64,000 bases of DNA from the human T2T-CHM13v2.0 reference genome, Homo sapiens (GCF_009914755.1 NC_060929.1); one strand, 5' to 3'; positions 43,456 to 58,427 are shown, numbered from the stretch's first letter. The notes: a model not told the origin generated them from the letters alone. Translations and numbers: made by a program.

Positions 43456-44698
43456 AATCCCCCGTGTGTGTTCTTGCTGGAGCTGGCCCCTTTGGAATGC
43501 TTCCCTTCCTCAATGCGATGAGATGGGTTGGGAGCCTTCTGTCCCCTGGGAGCCTTCCTCTTCCTCATGGCTCTTGGAAGACTTTAGGGGAGGTAACTTT
43601 AGGCTGACACTGAAGACCTTAGGGAGAAAGATTCCCCTTTTCTTTATTACGTTTCCCCACAGGTTTATCTTTCCTTTTTTCTCTTCTCACCACTGGTGAG
43701 ATCGCAAGGAAATAAGACAGAGTATGAGCCTAGGGGCAGTGGAAATAGGAGGTCACTGAAATGGTTTTTGATTAGGTTACTCAAGTCAAATTAGACCAGC
43801 CAAAGCACAACCTTTTGAAATACAATTCAGTTTACCCATCCAGGCTTCTACAGAGAAGGTTGAAGGCAAGGTGATACTTGGTGATACTGCTCTGACTTTA
43901 TTGTCTCTGTTCATTTCTCTTATAGGAAACTGGTTGGGGCTCTAAGGCCTGCTTAAGCCTTAGCAGGCAGGTGCTAGAGAGTTTAGGGGTCTCATTCACT
44001 TTTTTCTATTTCTTTCTTTCTTAGTCGCTTGACTTACATCTGGTGTATTCTGCAGAGTGACCTGGGTATATCCTCAGGGAAAGCCCTACACAAAGAGCGG
44101 GGCTCCTGCATTGGAAGAGACCTTTCAGGGACACTTCAAACCATGCCTGCAGCTGGAAGCTGTTGGGCAGTGCCCACTACGGAGCTGGTCATATTTGAGT
44201 TTTGAGAGGAGAGAAAGCCATTTCTGGGTGAGGGCAGGTTTCTTACTGATCTCAGATTGTCAGTGAAGGTGTGTTTCCTTGTAGGTGAAGGCTTAGGTAG
44301 ATATCAGAGTTCTCTTGCACTAGGTAGAATCTAGAATCTGGTTTTTATGAAGCCAGAGATCCATTCTGGGGCCATAGTAGGCTTATCTAGAACTGTAACT
44401 GGCAGGGCAGTCTCACTTTCTTTTGCAAGGCCATTGCAAATGGTAGAGGATTCTGATGGCTGCCTCTAGTTAGTGGGATCCAGTGCTGCTGCTCATTTCT
44501 AGAACTGCAACAGGCTCCCCTCAAACTGGACTGGGCTTCTTGGCTTGATGCCAGATGTTTGATGGATTTTTTTTTTCTTTGCCCTGTTTCTCAACCTGTT
44601 TTCAGCAATCTTCTTTCTGGTCTGTCACTCTAGATAAAATAGATGTTTCTGCAAAAGAGAGATGCATCACAAAGGGAATACATATGTTCATAGTGTCA

Positions 44699-45022
<324 letters not shown>

Positions 45023-45054
45023 AATTATTGAAACCAAAAAAGACAGATAGCACA

Positions 45055-45250
45055 AAATTTGGACTCTGACAGTCTGGGTTTGAGTACTAGCTCCATTACT
45101 ATTTAGATAGATAATCTTGGGCAAGTTATTTAACTCCTCTGAGCTTCATTTTCCTCATCTATAAAATGGGTATATAAATAATAACATTTAGGATTGTTGG
45201 GAAAATAAAATATTAATGCATGTTAAGTACTTAAAACAGTGCCTATTTAA
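45055..45250 (+). mobile_element. MIR SINE
   Basis: Core 'cttgggcaagttatttaactcctctgagcttcattttcctcatctataaaatggg'. Confidence 0.85.
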
Positions 45251-45821
45251 GTATGTGGTTTTATTTTTTAGTGACGGGTTACCACTCTTTCCCTCAGTAA
45301 CTTCCCAGGGATAAGGACCATGTCTATTTTGCTTACCACTGGATCCCTAGAGATAAGCACAATGTCTGGAACAAAATAGAAGTACAATAAATATTTGTTG
45401 TATGAGAGGATACTTTTTAATGGTTCAATGTTCTTAAAAGTCAGAAGAATAAAATAGTTGAGGAAGTGCAGGGTTTTGGAGTTAAGCACATGGCCAAGGT
45501 TATGTTGTGTTTCTGACTTCCTAAGAGACAGGCTTGTCACGTACCAACAGCTGCAGCAAGACCTTGTGTTCTGCTCTTTCTGGAGAAATAGAGAAACAGA
45601 AAAAGCACAGGAAATGGAATTGTGAGGGATGATTGTTATGAGGGTCTGTGTGCATGGCTTACAGGAGAATGCAAATTATGTTTCCAGGTGGAGTCTAACA
45701 ATCAATTCAGAAAAATCAAGGTTAAAGGGGAAATGAAAATGATACTGGAGATTTTAAATAAATGAGATGGGCATAAAGGAAAGAAGTGGCCTTCAGGAAT
45801 GGAGGCATTACCAGTATACTT

Positions 45822-46115
45822 ATTTTTTTTTTGACAGGGTCTCACTCAGTTGCCCAGGCTGGAGTACAGTAGCATGATCACAGTTCACTGCAGCCTCAAC
45901 ATGCAAGGCTCAAGTGATCCTTCTACCTCAGCCTTCCAAGTAACTGGGACCACCGGTGTGTGCCACCATACCAGGCTAATTTTTAAAATTTTGTTTGTAG
46001 AGATGGGGGTCTCACTATATTGTCCAGGCTGGTCTCGAACTCCTGGGCTCAAGTGATCCTCCCACCTCGGCCTCCCCAAATGCTGGGATTACAGGTGTGA
46101 GCCACTGTGCCGTGC
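45822..46115 (-). mobile_element. Alu (AluJ-like)
   Basis: Reverse dimer. Confidence 0.92.
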
Positions 46116-46766
46116 TGTACATTTCCAATGGGCTAGTTGGGATGCCTCTACAGAGGAGCAGATCTCTTCACCCCCAGGACATAGGAATCTTAGTGTCACA
46201 AACTTTTGTCAGCTATGTCTTCCAAGGGAGCTTTTTGATTGTACCCATTGGACTCTCCACAACAGATATGAATTAAGTGATATCCTAGTAATAATAAAAA
46301 ATAATTATTTCTGATTCCCTACTCACCCCAGTCCTCACTTTATTTTTCTACAATCTTCCCCTAGATAACACTAAATCTCTATTCTGGCCCACAATAACAG
46401 CAATGTGAGTCTATCCTCTAGACAGCAGCATTAAATGATTGCTGGAAACATTATACTGGAAAACGGGTCCTTAGGTTTTAAGCTGAGTAGTGATTGAGTT
46501 GGTTCGTGAATTACCTCTTTTGCCAAATTCTGTATGTCAGGCTCAATCTGGTTGTTCTTGGAAACTAAGGAAAAATTAGATGTAAGAGAGGCTTAGGTTT
46601 GAAGCAACCTAGCTTCGGCAGAGCAAAGTGAGCTACATTTTGAAAGACATCCCAGGCCGTGGCTGCTACAGAAAGAACCAAGCTCCTGATGGCCATTTGG
46701 GCAGTGACTGGGCTGAATTAGCAGAAAGTGGGTGGGGAGAGAAACTTTTCTTAGCAGTTTAATTCG

Positions 46767-47146
46767 TGCCTTAGTTCATTTGTGTTGAGACTGGGTAATT
46801 TATAAACATTAGAAATTTATTTCTCACAGTTGCGGAAGCTGGGAAGTCCAAGATCAAGGCACCAGCAAGTTTGGGGTCTGGCGAGGACCTGGTCTCTGCT
46901 TCCAAGATGGTGCCTGGTTGCCGTGTCTTTTGGCGGGAATGATTGCTGTGTCCTCATATGGTGGAAGGGTGGAAACAAAAAAGGGCCTAGCTAGTGCCCT
47001 CCAGCCCTTTCAACAAGATTGCTAATCCCATTCATGAGGGCTGAGCTCTCGTGACAATCACCTCCTAAATGTCCCACCTCAGTACTATCACATTGGTGAT
47101 TAAGTTTCAACATATGAATTTTGGGGGACACATTCAGACCATAGCA
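46767..47146 (-). mobile_element. MST-family MaLR solo LTR
   Basis: 'gagactgggtaatttataaa...gctgggaagtccaagatcaaggcaccagca...cattcagaccatagca'. Confidence 0.85.
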
Positions 47147-48287
47147 TCATGCAATTCACACATTTAAAGTGTGAAATGGTTTTTAGTATATTCACAGAGT
47201 TGTGCAACTATCACTATGATCAAAGTTTGATCCCCCCTAAATAAATGTTTTTAAATCCCTAAAAGAAACCCTGTAGTCATTAGCAGTTACTTCCCATTCC
47301 CCACTCCCCCAGCCTTAGGCAACGATTAATCTCCTTTCTGCCTCTATAGATTTGCCTACTCTGAATATTTCATATATAAATGGAATCATACAACACGTGG
47401 CCCTTTGTGTCTGGTTTCTTTTACTTAATGTTTTCAAGGTTCATCCATGTTGTAGCATTTATCAGTACTTTATTCCTTTTAATTGCTGAATAATCCATCA
47501 TATGGATAGGACACATATAATTCACCTGCTCATCAGTTGATAAACACTTCAGATCTTTCTATTTTTGCTACTGTGGAAAGTGCTGCTATGAACATTCACA
47601 TGCAAGTTTTTCTGTGGACATGTGTTTGTATTTCTCTTGGATATATGCCCAGAGTGGAATTGCTGGATCATATGTATGTTTAACCTTTTTGAAGAACTGT
47701 CAAATAGTTTTCTAACATGGCAGCATCACTTTATAATCCCACCAGAAATGTGTGGGGTTTCCAATTTCTCCACATTCTTGCCAAAACTTATTATTGTCTT
47801 TTTTTTTTTTTTAATTATAGCTATCCTAGTGGTAGTGAAGTGGTATCTCATTGTGGTCTTGGTTTGTATTTCCTTAATTACTAATGATGCTGAGCATCTT
47901 TTTATATACTTATTGGCCATTTGTATATATACATTTTTTTGAGAAATGACTCTTAAGATCCTTTGCCCCCTTAAAAATTAGATTATTTGTCTTTTTATTG
48001 TTGAGTTGTAAGAGTTCTTTATGCATTCTGGATACTAGTCTCTTACACATATAATTTGCAAATATTTTTCTCCTCTTATCTGGGTTGTATTTTCACTTTC
48101 TTGAATGTGTCCTTTACAGCATCAAAGCTATACATTTTGATTTAATCCAATGTATCCATTTTTTCTTAATTGCTTCTGCTTTTGGTGTCATATTTATGAA
48201 ACAATTGCCTAATCTATGGTCACAAATAATTACTCCTATGTTTTCTTCTAGGTGTTTCTATTTTTAACGCTTACATTCTGGTCTCTA

Positions 48288-49250
48288 TGTTATCTATTGC
48301 TGCCGTAACAAACAAACAACCACAAACTTACTGACTTAATACAAATGTATTATCTTACAGTTCTGAACGTTAGAAGTCTGAAATGGGTCTCACTGGGCTA
48401 AAAGCAAGGTGTTGGCTGGTCTGTTTTTCTTCTAGAGGCTTTGGGAGAGAATGTGTTTCCTTACCTTTTCTAGCTTCTGGATGCCACTCACTCTGGCTCA
48501 TGGTTCCTTCCTCCATTTTTAAAGTCAAAAACATCAGGCTAAATCTGTTTCATGCTGCCATTTCTCTAGCTCCCTCTTCCAACTTCCTCTTCCACTTTTA
48601 ACAACCCTGGTAATTACATTGAGCCCACTTGGAAATCAAGGATACTTTCCCTATCTTAAGGTCAGCTGATTACCAACCTTAATTCCATCTGTAACCTTAA
48701 TTCACTTTTGCCATGTGTTCCATGAAAGAGCCATATATGCAAAGCAGTCCCTAAATACAGAAAGAGCCAAGAAACCAAAGAACATGGCAGACAAATTCAG
48801 TGTGTCAGTAAACAATGTTTTATGGGGGGAACTTACAGATGGAAGTGTGGTCTTGGGTGGCTGCAAGACAGGTAGATCTTCACACCTGTTACTCCTCAGA
48901 TCCAGGGAAGAAGTATACGACAGGGAAGGAGTGTGCATGCTCTATATGCAATTGGACAATTGAAAGCAGACCTCCAGAATAGGCAAGAATGCTACGTGTG
49001 CCGTAGCCTATAATTTGTGTGATAACATTAATGTTGTTTTGATCTGGAGTAGAATTGATAGTAAATACATTTTCTCACACTAATGACAATAAATTCACTA
49101 GGAATTCATGAAGCTAGGGTTAATCAGAAGTCAACATGGCAGATTAGCATCCAAGATGAAGTCACTTTTGTTTCCAGATATGTTGCTTAGTATTTTATAA
49201 GTTCTGGGGATTAGGACATCTTTTGGGGAAGGTATCGTTCTACCTACTAT
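48288..49250 (-). mobile_element. MLT1 (B/C-like) LTR containing a nested ERV1-class LTR (MER67-like, about 48714-49178)
   Basis: 'ttgctgccgtaacaaac...caccacaaact', 'ggtaattacattgagcccact'; nested element ends 'gttaatcagaagtcaacatggcagattagcatccaagatg'. Confidence 0.6.
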
Positions 49251-49417
49251 AGTCTATGATCTATCTTGAGTTAAATTTTATGTAAGGTGTGGGGTAGGGG
49301 TCCAACTTTATTCTTTACAAATGGGTATCTAAGTTGTCCCAGCACCATGACTATTCTTTACCCACAGAATTGTCTTGCTACCCTTGTTGAAAATCAATTG
49401 GCTGAAAATGTAAATAT

Positions 49418-49498
49418 TTTCTTTCTTTCTCTCTCTTCCTTCCTTCCTTTCTCCTTTCTTTCTTTCCTTCTTTCTTTCTCTTTTCTTTTCTTTTCTTT

Positions 49499-49579
<81 letters not shown>

Positions 49580-49600
49580 TCCCTTCCCTTCCCTTCCTCT
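49418..49600. repeat. (CTTT)n/(CCTT)n polypyrimidine tract expanded from an Alu tail
   Basis: About 180 bp of pure pyrimidine, including about 19 perfect CTTT units. Confidence 0.95.
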
Positions 49601-49604
49601 CTTT

Positions 49605-49892
49605 AATTTTTTGAGGCCGCTTCTTGCTCTGTCACCCAGGCCGGAGTGCAGTGGTATGATCTCAGCTCACCGCAACCTCCAGCTCCCAGGCTCAAGTGAT
49701 CCTCCTACCTCAGCCTCCAGAGTAGCTGGTACTGCAGGCACACACCACCATGCCTAGCTAACTTTTGTATTTTTTGTAGAAATGAGGTCTTGCCATGTTG
49801 CCCAGGCTAGTGTCGAACTCCTGGGCTCAAGCAAGGCCTGCCTTGGCCTCCCAATGTGTTGGGATTACAGGCATAAGCCACTGCACCTGGCC
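49605..49892 (-). mobile_element. Alu (AluJ-like)
   Basis: Reverse dimer. Confidence 0.9.
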
Positions 49893-50351
49893 AGTGAGTG
49901 TTTATTTCTGAGTTCTCAATTCTATTCAATTGATCTATATGTATATACTTATGCCAGTGTCACACTGTCTTCACTACTGTAGCTTTGCAGGACATTTTGA
50001 AATCAGGAAGTATGAGCCCTCCAACTATGTTCTTCTTTTCAAGATTGTTTTAGTCATTATGAACGCTTTGCATGTCCACATGAATTTTAGATCATCTTGT
50101 TAATTTCTGCAAAAAGAGCAGCTAGAATTTTGATAGCAACTGCACTGAATTTGTAGATAAATTTCAGGAGCATTACCATCTTAACAGTGTCTTCTGACCC
50201 ATAAATGTAGATTGTTTTTCCACTTTTTGAGGGCTTCCTTAATTTATTTCAATAATATTGTGTAATTCTTAGAGTACAAGTTTTGCATCTCTTTAAATTT
50301 ATTTCTAAATACTTTATTATTTTTGAAATTACTGCAAATGGCACAGTTTTC

Positions 50352-50695
<344 letters not shown>

Positions 50696-51624
50696 TAGCG
50701 ATATTTCTTTGGAAAATTTCAATGTTTCTCAGCTGTGCCATGGAAAAGGAAGAAAAAAATGTCTTTAATAGGCCAGCATTTTAAAGGAAAGTTGGTGGAG
50801 AATAGAGTATCTGTGAGGCTGAGGGTATCAGCAAAAGAATAAGAGCTCAGCTTTAGCTGTGGGGTTGCCATATTGCACAACTCCACGGAGTACTGTTCTC
50901 ATTGAATTCTGTATGAATGGTGCTCTCTAAAGTTGTACAACACAGGAAGTCCTCATTCAGCTGACCCTTGCAACTACTACTTATAGAGTTCTTATGAACT
51001 AGGCACTTCATATGCATGGTCATATTTAATCATCCCAAAAAATGTATGGCATAGATCCTTTCTTCATATTTACAGATGAAGGAACTGGGGCTGAAAGAGT
51101 TCAGTGAGTGAACTTAAAGTCTCACACACCTGGTGAGTGTCCGAAGGGGATTTGAACCAAAACTTGTGACTATAACTACTGCGCTCTGCTGCTCCTTCCA
51201 CCTGAAGATTTTTTTTTTTCTGAGTTCCTTTCTATTTAAATCCTGGCAGACTCTAGGCTTTACTTAGAGAGGAAACTGCTCTCTCAAACCAACTGTGAGG
51301 ACTGTAGGTGATTCATCGTTCTAAGTTATAGATTTTCGTCTAATGAGAAGGATTGTTTGTGTGTTGGTTTCTCTGCCTAGACAAATCCCTTGTCCTTACC
51401 TACTGGACTGGGGTGTGGCTCTGCCCTTCCGGATAGCTGAGCCAAGCCGCCAGCTTGGTCTAACACAACTTTCAATGGCCTCCGTGGTCACTCTGAACCT
51501 GGTCAGACCCAAACCCCACTGCTCAGGCTGGCTCCCACAAATATACCCAAGTTTTCTGTCATTATGGATTTACGATTTTGTTTTTTGCAGGTGCTTACTT
51601 CCTTGACATGAAATTAAGTAGACT

Positions 51625-51625
<1 letters not shown>

Positions 51626-51659
<34 letters not shown>

Positions 51660-51662
51660 TTT
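51626..51662. repeat. (TTTA)n microsatellite
   Basis: Direct reading. Confidence 0.95.
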
Positions 51663-53511
51663 GGAAGGAGTTGGGGCTTCTAAAGACTTGAAGTTATCAC
51701 TAAGGCATAAGAAAGGTAGAAAGAGAGAAAAGAAGAGAGAAACATGAAGCTCCCAAAGGGCCTTGGTGCTGGCTTGGGTAGAGGAGACGATATATTTGAG
51801 GATTTTATTAAAATAAAAGTAGATAAATTGCTTGGTGATGACTCAGGCCACTTTTGATTGAAAAGCAAAACCTGTGAACTGAGGGGGCCTCAGTATCCCA
51901 GCATGATGCTGCTTAAAAAAAAAATCAACTTCTATTTCCCATTGTATTTTGCAACTTTGATGATTGATTATCTCAGCATCAAAGATGAAATATCTACGCA
52001 CACAGAAAATGAGAGAAACAGTCACAGAACTTTCTCTAGCAGTTAATAACACAGTTAATGGATTTGGGGCTCTTTTCTTTAAAGGTGAACCAAATTGTAG
52101 GAGTCTCTGGGGCCTGAGGAAGCTGAAGGCTTTTTTGACCCTGACCGACCACTGCTGATGTCATCCAGGTTTCTGCTTGTCTTGATTAGGCTGAGAATAG
52201 CCAAACACTACTCATTGAGACAGATATTGATTTTGGTCAGGAAGTTCTGTCATTGGCAGTAATTACAATTGCTTGTTTTAATTTATCAGATCAGGAAATC
52301 TAATAAATTTTCCATGAGTCCTTTCCCCACGTTTGGTTGGTATGTAGAAAATATCTCCAAGTTATTTCTGAGAAAATGTGCCACAAAACAGGACTTAGTT
52401 ATGAAATGAAAACTCTTGCTTTCCTCCTCACTGATACCATTGATGGGAAACCACCTTTTTAGTGGTATGGCTTGGGAGGAGCAACTTAATCAAGCTGCTT
52501 AAGTAAGCATCATACCTCCTTTTCTACACTTGTAAAATGAGAAGAATAATTGTACGTAGCTTTTTTTGTAAGAATTAACCAAGTTTATTCATTAAAAACT
52601 CAGAACACAAGAACACATAGTAGGCACTCAATAAAAGTCAGCTGTCTTTGTTGCTATTAACATTAATGAAAACACAAAAAGGCCTCTAAGACATATGTTG
52701 TAGATAATAGAAGTGGATTATTTTTGAGGTTTGGTACTGAGGTAGTACAGAAATGTACAGAGGGTTTGGGGAATAACTGAGAATAGCAAATTGAATTCCA
52801 TATGTGGTGAAGATAAAAAGAAACAAACTTGTCTAATTATAAAGCACTGCATGTTTATTATAGAAAACATATTTTATAGAGAAAGAAAAAAACATATTCA
52901 AACTCTAAAACCCAGAAATAAGCACTGTTAACATTCTTCTATGTTTTCCAGATTTTTTCTTTGCATCTATAAATGCATGAATTTTTAAAATATATTTGAA
53001 ATTCTGTGATATATAGTATAATTTTAATTTTTCTATTTTATTTTCTTTACCGTTATATATGATACTTCAGAATAACATGACATGTATATAATTTATAAAG
53101 CATAATAATAAAATGAACATCCGTGAATCTAGTTTAAACTTTATGTCTCCCCTCTATCCCTGGAGGCAACCACTATTCCCAATTTTGTGTTTTTTATTCC
53201 TTTGTTTTTTAAAATAAAAGAGTTTTTTAAAAAATTATGTCCACATAATATATCATTTGTTTCTGAGTTTTATAAAAAGAGCAACATACTGTCTGCAGTC
53301 TTCTTGAAATTACTTTACTAAAAACGTCAATATTATACTTCTAAGTTTTATCCCTATTGTTTTATTTGACAACACATCGTTTCCAGTTTTGTATAGTATT
53401 CTATTGTGTGTTTATACCATCCTTTACAAAAGTCCATTCTTCTGCTATTAGAGTCCATTCTTTCGCTATCACAGAGTCTGCAATAGACTTTCTCATACAC
53501 ATCATTTAGGG

Positions 53512-53660
53512 CAGTTTCGGTATCATGTGGGAAACGGTTAGAAATGCAAATTCTTAGACCTCATACCAGACGCATTGAATCAGAAACTCTGAGGTGGGAT
53601 ACAGAAATCTGTGTCTTAACCAGCCCTCCAGATATTTTGATGCTTGCAGACAACTACTGA
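53512..53660. mobile_element. MER5A (hAT-Charlie) fragment
   Basis: 'ttagaaatgcaaattct...gaatcagaaactctgaggtggg...aaatctgtgtcttaaccagccctcca'. Confidence 0.75.
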
Positions 53661-53703
53661 TATTGGGAATTTGTTTGGGAGTAGAATTAATGGGTCAAAA
53701 GGG

Positions 53704-54072
53704 TGTCTTAGTTCATTTTATGTTGGTATAACAGAGTACCACTGGCTGGGTAATTTATAAAGAAAATAAGTTTATTCAGCTCATGATTCTAGAGGCTGGG
53801 AAGTCAGAGAGCATGGCACTGGCATTTGGTGAGAACCTTTTTGCTGTGTCATAACATGGCGGAGGGCATCCTGTGGTGAGAGGGCAAGCACATGCCTGTT
53901 AGCTCAGGTCTTTCCTCTTCTTATAAGGCCATCAGTCCATCATGAGGTTCCCACCTTGATGAACTTACCTAATCCTAATTATCTCTCAAAGGCCCCACCT
54001 CCAATCGACTTATGAATTTGGGGACTAAGTTCCCCACACACAAAATTTGGGGGGCATATTCAAACCATAGCA
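53704..54072 (-). mobile_element. MST (C/D-like) MaLR solo LTR
   Basis: 'tgtcttagttcatttt...ctggggtaatttataaagaaaa...ttcaaaccatagca'. Confidence 0.85.
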
Positions 54073-54102
54073 AAGAGTATATAAATGTCCAACTTATAAG
54101 AC

Positions 54103-54552
54103 TATGGCTGTTCAATACTGTGGCCACAGGTGGCTACTGAGTACTTGAAATGCAGCTACTATTAATGATGAACTGAATATTTAATTTAATTCTAATTAAT
54201 TTTAATTTAAATACTGAAATGTAGTTATTGGAAAATTTTTAAGTATGCTTGGAACAATTTTAGTATGTCCATGACTTTTTCAGCTGTCAGTTTTATAAAA
54301 TCTAAATAGAGATCAAAGATTTCCAGTGATAATTCAGCCTCTGAATGTGTAAAATGCATCCTGGATATTATGAAAAAAATCTCATTAATAATTATTTCAA
54401 TATTGATTCCATGTTAATAATATTAATAATAATATTTTAATATATTACTAAAATAATATTATTTTAGATATAGTAAAGTATAATATATTATTGCAATTAC
54501 TTTCATTTGTTTCTTTTTACCTGTTTAATGTGGTTACTCAAAAATTTAAATA
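54103..54552. mobile_element. MER33/MER3-like hAT DNA transposon remnant
   Basis: 'gtggctactgagtacttgaaatg' and 'tttaatgtggttact...aaatttaaa' motifs. Confidence 0.55.
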
Positions 54553-54984
54553 CTGACTTATAATGCTGACAAGTTTTTCAAATGGTTGCATCAATTTACA
54601 CTTTCACCATCATTGCATGAGATTTCCTGTATACTGATAAACTTTATATTCTTCTCTTAACACTGAGAATTGTCGTATTTCCTAAGTTTTGCTAATCTAG
54701 TAGGTGTAAAACGCTACCTCATTGTGTTTTAATCTGCATTTTACTAGTTTTTAATTATCTTGAGCATTTAAAAATATTTCCAGTTATCACTTGTGTTTTC
54801 TCTTTTGTGAAATAGCTATTCATGTGATTTTTCCTTTTTTCTATTGGATTTTTTGTCTCTTTTATTGATTTGAAGAAGTAGTAAAACTATATTCTGGAAA
54901 CTAATCCTTGGCTGGTAATATGTGTTGAAAATATGTTCTTCCAGGTTATGGCTTGTCTTTTCACTTTTCACTTTCTCTAATGGC

Positions 54985-55396
54985 ATTGGAGCTTCCATAG
55001 AAAACAAATGATGACCCAAACAAGTGGATAGACCTGAGATCTCATATACCATTTCAACAAAGAAAAATAAATTGTGGAGTTGTGACAAGACAAAGGAAAA
55101 AGGAGTTTGGGCTAGGGATGATAACTTTTGGGAAAGTGACCAGGAAATATGTGGGTGAAACTAATGCAAGATAAGGGTTATTTCAGTAGGTTTCTTTGTA
55201 CAGATTAAACTTGGTATCAATGCTCCATCTCTGGTGATAAGAATACAACTTGTTGGCGCAGGAAGGGTACCTTTCTCATGGGAAATCTTATGACCTGCTT
55301 TTAGGTAGAAAGGAGGTGGTCAGAGAGCCCTTCTTGAATCTGCTGTTTCTCAAGTGACTTCAGCTCAAAATACATCAAAGTGGCATATTTTGGAAT
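54985..55396 (-). mobile_element. MER34-like ERV1 LTR
   Basis: Reverse complement starts 'tgtaaaggatcagaacatgctattccaaaatatgccacttt...ttttgagctgaag'. Confidence 0.6.
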
Positions 55397-57392
55397 AGCA
55401 TGTTCTGATCCTTTACAGCATCAAAACTTGTAGAATGGAACAAAATCCCTGAGACAATCATGGCACACTCTTTTAAGAAATGTTGCATCACTCATTTTCT
55501 CAACAGCACAGAAGATAATATTATGTAAAAAAGCCACAGACACTGACAACTTGAAGTTGAAAAATAATTGAATGATACTATGCTGATAAAACTGTACCCA
55601 AACAAGCCTAAAATAAGTTTTAAAAATATTTACATTTTCCCTCTTCTGCTCTTGATATATAAAAAACAATGCATAAAATCAATAGTGTCTTCTATTAAAT
55701 GAAATATACTTTCTTCTTTCTACTTGGGTTCATTTCACTATTCTTTTCTAATATCTTATGTTGAATACTTATAAGCTAGAGTAAATTCACAGTGCTGTTT
55801 TCCTAAGCCCTAATCCTATGGGGTGAAACGGTGAGGGTATCATGGTACCTGTAATGCAATGGGGAGCATTCAAAAGAACTTTGAAATTAAAAGACTCTAA
55901 ACTTGTATGAAACTTCTGGGATCTGTCTATCCTCCCCTTCAGAGAGAGTGATTACTCAACCTGAAATGTAAGTAAATCTCCTCCAGGAAAGGAGAAAGAG
56001 GTCTTTATCTTTGTTACCTTGGGTTATTTCTAGGGAGTGAGATGTCTCTAAGCTTTACTACCCTGAAATGTCTCCTTATGCAAGCATTGGCTGTAAATGC
56101 CTTCACTCAGAGGACTCAGGCTGTGCAGGAACATGAGCTATTCATGGAGAATTCATGGCCATATGTTTCCATCTAAATATCGCTTTCGCTACATGACAGT
56201 TTTATTTTGTTTTGTTTTAAATATAGATTATAAATATATTTACAAATATACTTATATATTTGTAAAGCAATGAAAGAATATATTTATAACTTTATTTGCT
56301 TATCTTTCCTTTTTTTTTTTTTTTTGCATCCTAGTCTGTCTTCATGGAAAAAAGTCATTCTTTCCAAAGTTTGCTCTTTATAATTTTTTTAAAGTGAGTA
56401 TTTGTTGTGTGGTAAACTTCCTCCATTATGAAACTTTAGGTCTTATTTAGATTTTAAGGACAACGTTGATTTATGTTAAAAGAGACAGCTGACCTTGTTA
56501 GGTTCAGGTCTCAAGTTTTGGCCTACTTTCTGTGCACTGTGTTTCCTGCGTCAGTTCTGTTTTCAAAGCCTCTGCAGTACTATTTGGATCTGTCCAGCAT
56601 ATACACTAGCCCATCTGGGACCGAGGAAGTGGTCTGCCTTACAGTGCAGATCTCAAAGCTTTTAATACACTGCTTAAGGTCAGATCCATGCACACACAGC
56701 TTGGAGTTGAGCCTGCAGTTTCATGCACACTTTCTGTTTACTCTCTCGAGTTCTTTCTTCTCCGTGATCTCTGTAACATTTTCCAGCTGACTGGGGCCTC
56801 CGTTCTTAGTCTTTGGGCTAGAAATAAGGGGTCTTCTTTTCTTTCTTCTGCTCTATACTTCCTTTTACTGCATCTCTGTCCAAGGATCCAAGGACAAGCA
56901 ACAGGAAGGGGTGGGGGGGTAGAGAGAGAGAGAGAGAGAGAGGAACAGGAATTAATTCCATGCTCTTGGAATCACAAATACTCTGGTCAGAGAGAAGGAT
57001 TCCTCTCTTTCAGACTGTAAGTAACTGCTACCACTGTTGCTGCTGCTATGGGTAAGAAAAAATGGAAAAAAGAGAGAAAGAACATGGATTTCTCTCCTAC
57101 TTTCTCTGACCTTTAGAAATCTCCTTTCCCACTCCTTAGACCAGAAGGAGAGGGGTTCTCTTGGAGCTCTTCCTTTCCTCACCCAGTTTTGTGTTGCTTT
57201 TGAATCTAGGCCAGGAGATATTAGAAAGGAAAAAAAAAAAGGGGAACTCACTATCAGATCAATTCTTAAAATTTTGGCATCCTTCCTCAATCTTTCTGTT
57301 ATCTCTTATTTACTTTTCATATTCCTGAGACAGCTGCTCATGAATTCTGCCCATTGTTTTAGTTGTGTTCAATGAGAGCAACAGAGTCAAAT

Positions 57393-58091
57393 TGTTATAG
57401 TAGGTAGCTTGTCAGACATGAGCAGGGCAGGGCAGGGCTCCTGCCACCCCCAGCCAGGAATGTCAGGTGACCATCAGGTAATGGTCAGGCAGTTATTTCT
57501 CTAAGATAGTAATTGGCTGCAGCCTGTGCCAGGGAAAGGCAGTCTCCCAACAGATAGAAACACCTGAAACTGGTGATCAGCAGCTTCCTGAAAAGATCTC
57601 AGGAGTTAGGTGAGTGGGTTCAAGCATGCGCACTAAGAGGCAAAATGGCAGAGTTTAACTGGTACATGACCTTCTAGGAACATTCCACTGGTAAGGGAAG
57701 GATATGCCTCAAGTGAGCATGGGTACGACTCCAGTAAACACACTGTGCATGTGGCCCCTCCCAGGTACTGGAAGGCCACTGCAAATGCTTACAGACCACC
57801 CCAAGGGAAGAACAGCAGGGGAGAAGTCATGCAGAAAGAGAGCCAACATAAGAAACCCCAAGTCAAAGGTCGAACCGTGCACTGGCTCTCTCCAGTCGCC
57901 TGCTTGGCCCTCTTCCAAGTGTACTTTACTTCCTTTTGTTCCTGCTCTAAAGTTTTAAATAATATTTCGCTCCTGCTCTAAAACTTGCCTTGGCCTCTCA
58001 CTCTGCATTATATCCTTCAGTTGAATTCTTTCTTCTGAGGAGTCAAGAATTGAGGTTGCCGCAGACACCTGTGGATTTGCTGCCAGTAACA
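57393..58091 (+). mobile_element. MER50 (ERV1) solo LTR, 4-bp TSD AAAT
   Basis: TGTTA...TAACA termini; 'cagacatgagcagggcagg...aggaatgtcaggtgaccatcagg'; aaat at 57389-57392 and 58092-58095. Confidence 0.85.
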
Positions 58092-58427
58092 AAATGTACT
58101 CACTCTAAATTGTCTGGAATCAGGATCAACTGGTATTCTTGAATGATAGTTGCTTTTGAGCACACAGCTCTAAGTTGATAGTTATTTCTCTTTCTTTTCT
58201 AAATACCCATTGTTGCTGTTGAGAAATTTTCTTTCAGTCAAACTGTCATTACTTTGAAAGTAATCTATCAATTTTCTCTGGCTACTTTTCAAAATCCTCT
58301 CCTGTCCTTTTGGTTTTCTTTCACCACAATATCTGTAGGTGTGGATTTCTTTTTTCTTTTTGGGATGTGTTGTGTTTCCTGGATTTTTGGATTCATGTTT
58401 ATCATCAATTTTGGAATTTTTAATATT

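Larger units (their letters stand above)
47150..50340 (-). mobile_element. L1MB-like element fragmented by MLT1, ERV1-LTR and Alu insertions
   Basis: Antisense L1 3'UTR/ORF2 motifs (ORF 47726..47920 translates [29 protein letters not shown]); L1 resumes at about 49250 and 49900. Confidence 0.8.

Noticed and set aside
49287-49757. 156-aa F/L/S-rich ORF
   Set aside because: Translation of the (CTTT)n tract plus Alu
52738-52747. let-7-like TGAGGTAGTA
   Set aside because: Only a 10-nt match, with no rest of the mature miRNA and no hairpin
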